A DNA stretch of 64,000 nt, from positions 11,348,088 to 11,412,087 of the forward strand of contig NC_134031.1 of the NCBI RefSeq assembly GCF_964204645.1, given 5' to 3'. The notes beneath the pieces are model-generated. The model was not told the DNA's origin. It made no database searches and saw nothing but the letters and a program-made list of their open reading frames with translations. Of this stretch, positions 37,000 to 50,146 are shown piece by piece. Each line of letters begins with the position of its first letter. Position 1 is the stretch's first letter. The position numbers and the translations under genes were made by a program. The stretch comes from Tubulanus polymorphus. Lineage: Eukaryota; Animalia; Nemertea.

Positions 37000-39900
37000 C
37001 AGGGATGAAAATCTTGCGCGGATTTCCGCGGACAAGGGCCCTTTTTTATCATTCTTGAGATCAGTGCAAATCCGTTGAGAAATGGGGGGGGGGGGTGGTG
37101 GACTCAGTGATATTCTCTCTGAATCAGACATCGTTAGCGATAACATAGGCCTACCGAACCGAACCGAACCGTAAAAGCGTTCTATTTTTATATCGCTACG
37201 ATGTACGATCAGATTGTGTGTGTAAAAAAAATCAATAATCTAACGTGAAAACTATTAGCGTGCGCCTATCACCGCGTCTACCTGTCTGTCTATAGTATTA
37301 AGCTTCCCGCGCCGTAGTTTTGTTTTGAATGCTGGGGTGCTATTAGCAGTTTGTTCGTCATGGATCGTAAGATCATAGACAGGTGCTCTTTTGTAGACCC
37401 ATCGGGGGGTTGATAAAGGATTAAAAAATCCATGGAATTGGTTAGAGACCGTTATCGACGATGTTCCCCTCGCTGAATGTATAAGAAAAATCAGCGTTGC
37501 TGGAAGAGCATTATGCATCTGGTGCAACAGCGAAATAAACTATGGTGCACGGGGAAAGGTTGCTATTACTGATCACGTAAAATCAAAAAAACACAAAGAT
37601 ATAGATAAAGACAGAAGAAGTAATTACAAACTACCAGGTATGCCTCCTTTGTTTTTGAACCAAAAATTTTACCCAGTCGGTACCTTAGTTTGTTCTGTAG
37701 AAAAAATTTCGGCAGGAATCCCGGCTGCAGAATTTTATTTGCAGACTTTAGATATGAAATTAGATTAAATAGTTTGAGGCCTAGACATGCGGTCTAAGAA
37801 TAAATAAAAACAGACAATCGATTGAGTCTTCAATGTTTACCTTGCAGGGTCTTCAACATCACAACAGGAGAAACCGTATGGTCTTTGGCAAGCATTTAAA
37901 GATTCACCATCCACTGTAAATGAGAGCAGTCGTCCGAAAGTTGAACCTTTCATTCCAGTGCAGGACCGGGTTCTTCATTCTGAGGCTATGCTGCTTGCAT
38001 TCATTGCCGACAAAAACATGTCATTTAGCATTGTTCCGGATGTTATAGATCTGATTAAAGCCTTATGTAAAGACAGAAATGCCCTGTCGCACTTACAAAT
38101 GTCCAGAGTTTCAGCATCGTACAAAATGAAACATGGCTTGGCCAAGACATTTTCAGATCAGTTAAATGAAGAACTAAATGAAAACTTCTTCTCTCTCAAC
38201 ATCGATGAAGCAACAAGTTTAAGTCTGAAAAAAGTTCTTTCTATTTTCGCCAGTTTTTATTCACCTGTCGAGAAAAAAATCATGTTTCGTCATGTCTCTT
38301 CACTTAAGGTCATCTCGGCTAAAAGTGAAAGTATTTTTAACGAGGTCATTGGCGAGTTGGACCTTCGGCAGATATCATATGATCATTTAATGTCCGTTCT
38401 TGTTGATTCATGTAATGTCATGCCTGGCTGCAGATCCGGGTTCGAGACCAGGTTGCGTGATAAGGTCCCTCACCTTATAAACATCGACGGCGACTCGGCG
38501 CACCACGTACACAATTCGTCAAAACAGTTTACCAATTGTTTTGATAAAGTGATCGAAAAGCTAATTACAGATCTGTACAATGATTTGAAATGGTCACCTG
38601 ACTTGCGCGATGATAACCTTCGTGAAATATGTTCTTTGTTAGGATTTAACTTCACAATGCCCGAAAGATATGTTGTTACCAGGTGGCTGTCTTTGCACGA
38701 TGCCGCTGTTGATTTAGAACGTAAGTTAGAAGCCTACACAGTGTTCTACTTCGGTTTTTTTAATCGAGGTGATCGCGTCATATATCTAGCCCGTTGCGTA
38801 GAAATTTATCGGCACTTGGGTATTTCAGAACCTGCACGAGGGTGCATTAAAGAGATACAGTTAATTGTAAAAATAAGAAACTTACTGAGGACAGAAAAGC
38901 AAGAAAAAATCGAATTACCGATCGATTGTTTGTCGACCGAAAACGGACAGTTATGTACCTGAATTTCCTGATTTCAGTTTTGCCTGTTCTGAAAAAATAC
39001 GTTCTGAAAGTTCAAAAGTGAGAGCCGTTGATACATAAGCTTATTGATGAACAAGTCAGTGTATTCCGGGAATTTCTCTGTTGCTTTATTCGGCCTGACA
39101 AGATCCCTGCCGATGATCGAAAATTAGTTAGTGTCGATATTGATCTTTGTACGATGAAACCGAGTGAAATGTTTGTTGGAGACAAAGCCTCAAAACTTAT
39201 CAGTGAGAATCCAAAAGATCCACTTTTCAATGAATTTTACGACAAAGTCAAAAAGGTCTTCATCTCTTGTGCTAAATATTTGGCAAAGAAACTACCGCTT
39301 AACAGTAAGACACTGTTACGTATAGCTGCAATTGACCCAGCATGTCGCGGTCATACCTTGACCTTGAAATATCTAAAGGATTTTCCAAATATAGCAACAC
39401 ATGTTCTGAATTCAGATGAGGTTGATAGCTACCAACTTGAGGTACACCGTTATGCTAAAGCATATCCTTATCTTTCAAAAATGGTATTTGCGCTCCTTAA
39501 TTGCTTCACATGCCCACTAGTTGAAAGTTCATTCAGCGAAATGTCAAATATTGTGGATACTACATCCAACCGGTTGAATATATCAACATACAGTGCCTTA
39601 CAGACAGTGAAGTATTCGTTGGCTGGAAAATCGGCTGTGGAATTTTTCAATAGAAATGACATTCGCTGTGATCCCATCCGTCCCAAGGGTTTGAACGTAA
39701 ACATGGCTTCAGCTGCACAAGTTTATAAGCAAGAACTCGAAGAAACAAAAGAAAAGCGGGAATCTCATTTAAAAGCGATCCAAGCACGGAAAACTGAAAC
39801 AATCTCAAAACGAAAAGCAAGAGAAACGAATATCGAGACGGCGAAAAGAGCTAGGATCGTTCATGCAGCAGCTGCCCAGGCCAAAGCCAAAAGGGCCGAT

Positions 39901-40677
39901 CGAAATGAGATCCTTCAGAAATTAGCAGAGAAGCGTCGGCGGTACAGTAGAAATTGAATTTTTGCTCGGCTTATATTCTTTGTCCTTAACCTGTAATTCA
40001 CGGCTATAATTCATGTTTGTTTTGTTAGAACTATCATTTTCCGTTGTAAGTGAAAATAGTTTCAGAACGAGAGATGGTTAAACTGGACTCTTAAACGAGT
40101 TTAATCTAAATTGTTTGAAAGTTTACGGTAAAACTGATTCCTGCGTGATCTGGATCCCGTGTCATTGTAATACTGTATAATATGGCAAATTAAATAATTT
40201 AATATCTCTTCTTGTGTGTTGAAATAATAAAACTCAAAAAGATACCCTTATCGGATTATCATTGTGTTATTGGTTTGTGTCCAGGAGTGAATTTCAGAAT
40301 CCATTACTTAATAATTCAAAGGACCCCTTTTCTTAGCCGAGGAAATGAAAATCGTTATCCTATTAGAAATGGACTGCGCCGGCGTTAAAATAAGAATTCC
40401 CGAGTACCGACTGCTAGTGCCACTGTGTTCGCTTGCCTTAACATAACATGCCTCAGTACCGACTGCTAGCGCCACTGTGTTCACATGCCTTATCATAATG
40501 ATGCCTCAGTACCGACTGCTAGCGCCACTGCGTTCCGTACTGTGATCGCTTTTCAATTAGGAATAATATATCGTCAGTGAATTATTAAATGTTTTCCAGT
40601 AGGTTATATAGTGTAAAGGTAAATTCATAATGTTTCAAAATTTCTGCGGATTTCAATACCTCCTGTTTTCATCCCTG
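37000..40677 (+). mobile_element. Near full-length hAT DNA transposon with 6-bp TSD
   Basis: Perfect 12-bp TIR CAGGGATGAAAA; ATACTT duplicated at 36994-36999 and 40678-40683; contains a transposase. Confidence 0.9.
37360..39957 (+). pseudogene. hAT transposase, two exons (intron 37638-37847), disrupted
   Basis: Exon 1 zinc finger CIWC...H....KH; core FSLNIDEAT, DS..VM.G, HH.HN, TRWLS, VESSFS. Frameshifts in G6 (37404-37409) and A5 (38869-38873); in-frame TGA at 39018-39020. Confidence 0.85.
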
Positions 40678-41120
40678 ATACTTATATAGGCTAATCTGTG
40701 AAAATTACTGTATATTCATGTAGGGGTAAAAACAGCATTTTAAGTATTGAGTGAGCTACCATGTACTTACTACAAACACAACTCTCGTTGGCCCTTCACT
40801 GATGTTACTATACTGGTGTCATTATAACATGGATAGGATTGGGTCAGGACTAGCCTAAAATCGAATTCAGTATATTCACTTTTCACTTGATATTATTAAA
40901 ACAATGCAGTATGCCTAAAGGTAGGGGCACGTGTATTTTTTCGACCGATCGCAGCGAATTTATAAATGGCCCGAAAAATTCGCTCGTGTGGCCACTCAAT
41001 AAAAAGATTGATTCCTTGAAATCTATTCTAAATCCTAATATGTTACTATATCAGTAAATGTATTCAACACTTATTGACTCAGCCCATTCTTAAGATGAGT
41101 TTCTTAATAGAACAGATCCA

Positions 41121-43925
41121 TTTTTAGCCCACTTGGGACTTAAGTCCCAGCAGGCTATTGCGTTCATTTTTCGTCCGTCCGTTCGTCCGTCCGTAGACGT
41201 AATCCAGTTATTTTGGGAAGTTTTGAAGACGCTTCAATGTAATGTCCTGATATTTGGGTTACACATGTATCTATCCTAGAAAAATCTTCAGCCCAAAAAT
41301 AGGCCCTGTCAGAATCAAGATGGCCGACTGGCAGCCATTGTTGGTCACCAAAATCAACACTTTTTACACATTTTTGAACTTTCTGAGGGAAATGTTGAAG
41401 ACGCTTTGATCAATTACCTTGATCTTTCCGATGTATGTGAATCCCCCAGGGCCCATCAGCCTAACAAAAATTGGGTCGATCGGACTCAAGATGACCCTCT
41501 TATGACCTTTTTTAGTGCCCAAAAATGTCAATTTTGGCCCGAATTCTGGGTCCTGTAGCTCCCTACTGACTTGCCATTTCTCATTGCAATTTGTGATGGA
41601 TATTCTTTGAAAAGGGATGTTTTATACCTGAGGCAGGTATTTTTGATCAGCCAATTATGACGCAATTAGCGGCCATCTTGGTGTCATCAGTACTCATTCG
41701 TAGGTTGGAAAAAATTATTCCACATTATATTGATACCTAAGCGTATTTTGTTACCACAATCAATTAGAAACTTGTAGCTCATAACGTGTTCTATGATTGT
41801 GGTCAGTTTCAACGTCATTGATTTTTGTATATGGCCACCAGGGGGGCATTGAATAATACAATAATATGTAATAGATGAAATCTAAGTGACGGACGCCTCG
41901 TCACAGCTTGATTCAATTTTTCATAGTAAGAAATGATAGCGATTGGGGAAAACAACCTCAAGTACGGGGTAACGAAGTCGAAAACACTCAAAATATTGTC
42001 AGTGACAAGGAGCACACTTAAATGTTGAATGAAACTGGAAAGAGAATCAACTCCAATATTTCATATTGAAATTGTACTGTAGTTGAACCCAAAGCAATGA
42101 ATTAATGAAGAAATTAAATCAATTCTATGTCAAAACTTGGAAAATTTAAAATTAATGCTCGAGTTAAGGGGTGGGAAGAAAGAAGATGAAACTGTAACTC
42201 TGTAACTGTAAGTTTTGATTCATTTCTGAAATTTGGGCTTGATATATTATAAGCCCAAATTTCAGAAATGAATCAAACCTCATAATTCTTTAATCTTATA
42301 TTATAAGATCAAATGAAATTTAATATTTTAATTTTTGCGAGAAAAAAAACTTGAAAAATTTCTTATAAATCAGGTCTCGGTACCACTGTCTGCTAAAAAG
42401 ATTATTCTTTCGGTTTAGGTAAAGTGTCATTTTTTAATGGTTTAAAACTCTTTGTGAAACCCGTAACCAATGACATTTCTATGGTGGAAACTGAGAGGGG
42501 TTTTTGCAATATTGAAGAATTTCGACCTGGTAGTTAATTTTGAAATTAGCTCCATTTGGAAATAAAAGGAAGATGAGAAGATTACCAACGCATTTCTTAA
42601 TTACCTTCAAAAAGAAAAAAAATCGAATACGCGTTTGAAACGCACAAATCGGAAAATTATTTTCTGCTAGAAAAAACTCGAATTAGCAGGAAATGCGAAT
42701 GTCAGTACAAAAATTGATTTCTCTTGCGAAAAATATACATTTCTTTCTAATCCGCCGGGAATACGGTTCAAAATAAGCAGTGCACGCGGCCAGCGGTTCC
42801 GAATTCCTTATTTGGTGAAGAAGGGGCGGAGACTAATGTTTTTGCCGACCGCGATGTTGCTGCTGCTCGAGAGCGAGACTACGCCGTGCCGATCCGCCGC
42901 CGCGCTGGCCGAGAAATTTTACGACTCTAACGCGACTCTCACCGCAGTTTTTAGGGTCGTTACTTTTGATTAAAAAAGTGTATTTCAGTGCTGCCGCTGG
43001 GAATGACAGCTGCGCGCGAGAGAGCGTAATTCTCCGGGATTCGAACCTGCGCGCCGAACCGCGTGGCACCGGGCCGCGGCCGGTGCGTGGTTTGTTTATT
43101 ATGCATTCGCTCCCGTTGCTAAGGGGATTTCAGCTATTTTCGAACTCGTTCGATCAACGCGGTTCATTGTTAAACTATTCATCGACCCAATCTTGTTCGA
43201 AATTTCATGAAATAAATAAATTCTGAAATAACCCTATCCATAAATTGCCTTATTTAGTTAATGGGCTGCCGGATTTTAGCGTGACGTAATTCTACTTCCG
43301 ATTTCCCCATGAACTTCAAACCGGACGTCAAGTGACGTCATTTTTTTCTGGTCAGAATCGGTTAAGAAGACACTTCGTAGTATCCACATGTACGCGTTTA
43401 CCAAAGGGACGTCCTCTGGGCGTCTATTAACGCATAATTTGTAAGCACAATCAATTGCAAAGTTGTAGCTCATTACATCATTTATGATTGTGGCAAGTTT
43501 TAAGGCCATAAGTTATTCTATATGGTCACTAGGGGGCGTTGAATAGTAGAATTACTTAGTATTTCCTTATTATATTGGTACCTAGGCATATTTTGTTACC
43601 ATGATCAATTACAAAGTTATAGTTCGTGACATGTTCTAAGATTGTGGTGAGTTTCAAGGTCATTTGGTATTGAATATGGTCACCAGAGGGCGTTTAAAAG
43701 TAGAATAACTTAGAATTTCCATATTAAATTGGTAACGAGGCATATTTTGTTATCACAATCAATTATAAAATCGTAGCTGCTGACATGTTCTATGATTGTG
43801 GTGATTTTCAAGGTCATTGGTGTTTGTATATGGTCACCAGGGGGCATTGAATATTGAAATTGTTAGATTGTTGAGCTTTTGGAACCACTTTCCAAGTGTG
43901 CATGGTGTCCCTGGACCCCTAGTTT
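41121..43925 (+). mobile_element. HINE family 1, second copy, with an unclassified insertion (~41870-43415)
   Basis: Same termini and body as 3519-6808. Empty site gatccatttttaagcatggtga at ~14875-14895. Confidence 0.85.
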
Positions 43926-44599
43926 AAGCGTGGTGATACAAAATAAATGCTTGATCTAATCAATTCATATTTATTGATTTTACGTCCATGTAAGTTCGGT
44001 TTCAAAGCTGAATCACATTGGACGTTTACACAGTGGTTGTATATTAGCTTCAAATCTGTCAATTCATTATATTTCATGTATCGGCATTTAATTTTCAATA
44101 ATTCCTACCAACCTGAATGGCATGGTGCGGATTTGCAGAAAACCCATTATCGCTGCTTTGCAGCTATATTTTCATTTTGTATTTCGTAATTTCGTTTCAT
44201 ATTTCGTAGTTTTGTACTTTAGAAGTACCTAATTAACAATTTACTTAGTAGTGCATTCTTCAAATTTTCAAATCTTTGAATGACAAGCTGGGAGGAGCTC
44301 ATCACATAGAGCACAGTGACCTATAGTCACTATAGTTAACCTATATAAACAAAACAGTTGCAGCTGTTTAGTGCGCAATTTTGGGGGTTAGAAAACTTTT
44401 TACCTAAAAGTCGTAACAAACTGAAAATTCATATTCTTTACTCCTTACTATTCTTTAATCAGTAACATTGTGTTAAAATTTCATCAAAAACGAATACAAA
44501 TTGAATAAATTAAAATTACGGATTTTATGTTCAAATCCATTATTACCGGAGGAATTCTTATCAAAAAACACCTACAAAATCGGCAAATTCTAATTTAGA

Positions 44600-44915
44600 A
44601 AATTACTATGGCCATAATAATAACAATTCTATCTCATAACATATTCTATGATTGTAGTAAGTTTCAAGGTATTTGCTTTTTGCATATGGTCACCAGGGGG
44701 TGTTGAATAGAAGGATAACTTAGTATTTCCATATAATTTTGGTACCTATGCATATTTTGTAATCACGATCTATAGCAAAGTTGTAGCTCATAACATGTTC
44801 TATGATTGTAGTAAGTTTCAAGGTATTTGTGTTTTGCATATGGTCACCAGGGGGCATTGAATAGTAGGATAACTTAGAATTTCCATTAATATTTGTACGT
44901 ATACATATTTTGTAA
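44600..44915 (+). repeat. Two orphan units of the 154-bp HINE1 satellite
   Basis: tatggtcaccaggggg at ~44685 and ~44839. Confidence 0.8.
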
Positions 44916-46554
44916 CCTCTTCTGCGCATAGTTCGATTATTTCGCCATCATGTGTTTTTTGTCTTGTTTGATATTGTAGAGCCTCTCTTCTGTATATTGT
45001 CAACTGTTTTGGAATTTTCATACTGTTGTTTTTCTATCAGATCACTGATTTCGAGTTTAAACGCTGCTAGACTGTCAGCAAGTTAGCATTTTTGAACTTA
45101 TATCATCAACTTAACTTATATCATCACTTTTTGACCCTATCAATTCTAATTGATCTACGGGGTAAGAAAAATCTTTTGTTATCTCATTACCCATGTTACT
45201 TTCGCTCACTTCAATTTCATTATATTTAGGAGCTGTCAGAAAGTACTCGGTGTCGTCTGTATTGACGGTGGCTGCACCATCAATAGAAAAATACAAACTC
45301 AATTCAAATCAGCTTGATTAAATTACTCTTAGCCGCAACAACTATCACACAATTCTATTGCATTATTGATTATATAAACACAGACTTCATAGCTCACTTA
45401 GTAAAGCCTCTACACATCAATAATTGTACCGGTAGTATAAATATCCTGGGGATTTACCCCTGTGTTAAAAATAAAAGAAATCAATGCCAACAAAGGTCAT
45501 CATGCTGCGCTGAATTTTTCAATTTTTCTAGTCTCCTATCGAGATGGAAAACTTGAGAACATGGAATTATTTAATGCACATAACCCTACCAACATACAGC
45601 AGAAAGGAGCCTCAAGCAAACTACCGACGATCGCTGCTTCAGAAAATTAACAAATTTAAACTAGTTGATTATGGCGCCCAAATGCTGGGAAAACGCATCT
45701 GAGCACCTAGAAATATTAAAAATTTTAGGGGGAGTACCCTCCTCATTCCTGAAGGGGAGCTGTGCCTTTGGCGCCCGTTTTCTGAGCTATCAACAGGTTT
45801 TTGACTTACAGTCTTGATATTTTTCACGAGGTATACATGACCGATTGAGAGACGGTTTCGGAAAGAATACCGATAAACGTGACAAACTCTTAAATACGAT
45901 AACATGGTGTAATAACAAAAAGAGAAAAGAGAAAAAGGGAATTATAATATAGCTGCAAAGCAGCGATAACGCCTTTTCCTGCTTTTACATGTCGCCATAA
46001 TAGAGAAGTTCATTTTTGAGATTCGGGGCAGATATCATAGACTGAGGAAATGAAACTGGGGTATTTGGATATTCTGGAAGCAATCCTTTATCTTAACGAT
46101 CAGAGACGAATTAACATTATGCGATGAAGCATCTACGCGTTTGACAAATTGGAAGCAAGTGATGTAAATAGAGCACGCAGCACAATGACCAATAAAATTT
46201 AAGCAAGGGCGCGATGAGATTTTGTATTCTTCGTAGGCCCATACACAAAGGAATCTATGTTGAAAAGTCCAGTTCCAACTAGTCAAAGAAACAATTGTGA
46301 AAACACGAATCAAAAGTTTGTATTGAATATAAAAATACAAAATCTTGAATAATAAAACAATAAGTTGGTTGAATAACAGACTGAAAATAGAAACATATAC
46401 GCAATGAGGTCAGTTTTATTTAAAATAAATCAGAATATTCACTATAATTAATTTGCGATGTTATTAGTCTCCGAATGACTAGTAAACTAGATGTAGTATT
46501 ATGAACTATTAGCAATTACGATGTGAAGGATAGGTGTACATAAAATTCAATATA

Positions 46555-47066
46555 TTTAGGGTTTTCTGACTTTCGTCGAAAACCCTCTTGAAATTCTGTT
46601 GATGATTATTATTATTATATATTTTCTGCCGATTTCGTCAAATAAAGTTCATCTTCATTCAGATTCGGCAACTGACAGCTTCAAAACGAAATGTATAAAT
46701 TGATACTGTAATAACGGTCTCTCTGAACCAACAGATTTTCTGAATGTACTTTCTATCCTATTTGAAACTTAAAATTACTTATTAGGTTACTGTAAATAAA
46801 GAATTGAATTGAATTGAATTGTTAGACAACAAGCACCGGCGAAATAACAGTTTGTGACGTCATTTAGTAAGTAAATAAAGGAGGGCTCCGAGAATTTCCA
46901 AATCATGGGGGACTATACTGGGGTTAGACCATTCTACCAAAAAGAGGATTGCTCCTATAATATCCAAATCATCTCATTTTATTTTTCCATCGAATACCCG
47001 GTAATTAATTTTTCCTTTCGATCACATGCATCCAGAAAAACGTTATCGCTGCTTTGCAGCTATATT
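46555..47066 (+). mobile_element. Short Helentron family D element (~510 bp)
   Basis: Head TTTAGGGTTTTC..GAAAACCCT plus (TTA)n; tail GCTGCTTTGCAGCTATATT. Confidence 0.75.
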
Positions 47067-47150
47067 TAGAAGGTTAAACTTGTTGTAGAAAATGAGGAAA
47101 TCTTTTACAGCAGATGCTAAAAAGGCTTTCCTTGCATTACAATGTGTTAA

Positions 47151-48105
47151 CCCTTTCACTGCCAGTATTTTGTAATCAATTAACCCTCTCCTGCCACTTA
47201 TAATTAGTGTTTTGTAGTCCATAACAACATATAACATACAATATATTAAATTAGCTCCATGGCTTTTACTACTGAATTTAACTGTAAATGTACTAAGCTA
47301 TCTTATCCCACCAAAAAAGTGATGTAGTATAAACTAGGTCAACCAGTGACGTCATCAAGATGGCCGCCGAACTCTGTTCCAATCGAAAAATGAAATTTCA
47401 AACTCATATATCATGTTAAAGTAAGCAAATATATCATTATATTCAATCTAATACACTTATGTGTAATGATGCCAGAATATGGTCACTTCACTGATACCAA
47501 AATTCTCAGATTTCGAACACACATTCAATCACTGTTAAAATCATGATCATCCAAATTATTTTCAGCATTGCCATGGTTACTGTCAAAATCATCACCCTCA
47601 ATATCCGAACTACTATCCTCAACATCAAACGATGAATTCTCATCTGACGCTTCGTCACTCAAATGTCCAAATGTGTTTTTAATCTGATCAAAGATATCAA
47701 CGAATTGGTCCAACCTTAGTCCCTTTGTTGTTCTAGCATTATCCATAAAACAATAAGCACACTTGTTATTACACATCAAGTCATTTTCTAAGTGTAAATT
47801 TTACGTAAAAGCGTTAAAATTTTTCCATGAAAACTCTGCAACCTTGAAGTTAAGTTTGTGTCTGTACTACCGATATAGTTCTATCAATAGCCGCCAGGTG
47901 CAGACACTTGCTAATGATATTTATTCACTCCCGACTATTCGACCTTGAAGTTAAGTTTTTTGTCTGTACTACCGATATAGTTCTATCAATATCCGCCAGG
48001 TGCAGACACTTCCTAGCGATATTTATTCAGCTCCCGACTATTTCGGGAGCGGCAGTTTGGGGTGAAATTAAGCTCCCGACTATCTTGGGAGTGGCAGTTA
48101 TAGGG
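47151..48105. mobile_element. piggyBac-type non-autonomous element
   Basis: TTAA TSD (47147-47150 and 48106-48109); TIR CCCTwTmACTGCCA; acidic ORF remnant 47779-47525 (-); ~100-bp internal duplication. Confidence 0.8.
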
Positions 48106-48829
48106 TTAATATTAAGCTGACTTTCTTAAAATAAAAAGTTGATATATCAAGAAAAATTACTAGCAAATCAAGAAAAATTACGAAAAATGATATAGCAGCT
48201 TTGTTTTAAGCTGGAATTGAATAAGTGATATTAGACAAGGCTATATTCAACTTAAACAGATAGTAATTTCTGTAAGTTCTATTTTCTAGTACATCATTTT
48301 TAGATTTATTGCAAAGCCACTTCTTCAACGACATTATTATCACTGTAGGTAAAACATACATTGTTTTCTGATATGTAGCTTTAATGGAATCTCATCTTTT
48401 AGATTTGGAGTATAGGATACAAGGAATATTTGTATACTATCTTGGAAAGCTTTAAGCTCTTTGTTAGATTAGATGATGCTTCTAACAATTAGGCAGCCCA
48501 ATTATCTATGTGCTAAACGGTTTAGGTTGTGGTTGACAGATATAGACATTTGGAAAATCTGTGACTGAAACTTATGATCAAGTATAGGTGTGTCCTGGTC
48601 AACTAATAGATGAGATGCAGTGTCATCAGCAATAATGACTTTTACTTATGTGCATGGTTACCATAGAGCATTTCTACAACAGGTTATTTGCATATATAAT
48701 AAACGTGACATATACATAAATGCAATAGATTTGATAGAATTTGTACTAAAAAATAAGAAAATGTTGCTGTATTGCAGACTAGTGTGATTAGTGTGAAGCC
48801 AAAGGGAATACATTTAATTGTAGTGGGAA

Positions 48830-49219
48830 GAGAACAATCTTTGTTCAGTTCTTTCTTGCAATTATTGCAGCAATGTTTTTAATGACACATTATTTTCTGC
48901 AAATTCACCTTGATCATCGGTAGTGGAAATTTCTTCTAGGTTGGCTTCTACAACTCGGTGTCTGTAAGCTGCATAACAGTTAGGTTAGTAGTTGACAGTG
49001 ATCGAACATTTTTTGAAATTCTTTGATCAAAACTGGTGAAAAAGTTTATGTGGATTCTAGTTGAATCTGCGATGTTATTGGTCCCCAAACAACTAATAAA
49101 CAAGATGCTCTATCATCTGCATTGATAACTTTTATCCTAAGTGTAGGATTACCATAGAGCATCAGTTCAATACCGGAAGGTTGTTTTGTTATTTTGATAA
49201 CTTTTGCAGTCACAACGAC
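48830..49219 (-). pseudogene. RPA/SSB-like OB-fold remnant, probably Helentron-borne
   Basis: Own translation after ttattcag|: VVVTAKVIKI...ADDRASCLLVVWG...IQLEST*TFSPVLIKEFQ/NVRSLSTT, then CCNNCKK. Confidence 0.55.
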
Positions 49220-49659
49220 CTGAATAAGAATATATGAAAATATTGGTATAAAGCAGCGATAACAGGTTTTCTACACAGCTTTGTTCGTATTCTTGATTTT
49301 GTCTGGTTACTGTGTCGACCAGCCGCACCATGCTATTGATAGTCATCGCAATTTAGATTCCTGTACAACGGTAATTATGGTTTATAAAAGGATGGATTAC
49401 AAACAGTCAATTAGGCCTACTTGAAACCATGGATGACCAGATGGTTATTTGACTCTGGAAAATCAACTGTTAGGCCTTAATAAGTCTTTATAGATTTCGA
49501 AAAAGCATTAGATATTTTCATTCAATATCAACAGCTTCTCTCTGAAAGTATTTTACATAATTCAGGCAATCATATGGATGGTCATTGTGAAATGTTGTTT
49601 AGGTTATTTGATTCTTGTTTGAGAAAAATTGCAGCATTTAATTTCAGTGGAATCCTAGG

Positions 49660-50075
49660 GAAACTATATTGTGATGACTGTAGAAAGTGGGTACTATATA
49701 AAAGCGCAGTCGCTCAAAACCAGACTTGATCAACAAGTATACCAGCGTTGGTGGTTGGCATAGTGGCGCATTGTGCAAATCCAAATGTTTCAAGCATATT
49801 TGCTACACTGGATGATACCAATATATTTATCATTGAAATCACCAACAATGGCTGAGTGGCTGATTTTAATTCACGAATAACCACTTTGAAGCCACTTTGA
49901 TGAAAGTTACATTGTATGAGGGTAGACAATATTTGACAGCAAATGCTATTTCCATTTTGTGATCCTTCATGGCCATACATTCAATGTTTTTAGTTTGAAG
50001 TGGAATCTGGTCATATTCAGATGTTATTTTTGCATAAACACCAACACCACCATGAATCTGCCTGCTCAGTACATG
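49660..50075 (-). pseudogene. Apurinic-type endonuclease domain from the C-terminus of a Helentron Rep/Hel protein
   Basis: HGGVGVY, IEC, (Y..PSY), GFAQ....PTT..G.LVDQV and PTFYSHH across frameshifts. A family D 3' end follows at ~49245-49275. Confidence 0.75.
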
Positions 50076-50146
50076 CACAGGGTGAAAAGTTTCAACATCC
50101 GACCACGTGTTTATGACGTGGTCGGACGTTTAAAACTGAATAACTC

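Larger units (their letters stand above)
35924..44170 (+). mobile_element. Helentron family D element expanded by nested hAT and HINE1 insertions
   Basis: Head TTATTAGGGTTTT..AAAACCCTCTTGTAATTCTG; tail GCAGAAAACCC..GCTGCTTTGCAGCTATATT. Body matches 14100-15113. The TTTCGT-rich host continues on both sides. Confidence 0.8.

Noticed and set aside
45111-45460. Host exons on the minus strand
   Set aside because: Stops present, weak splice support and no recognisable domain.
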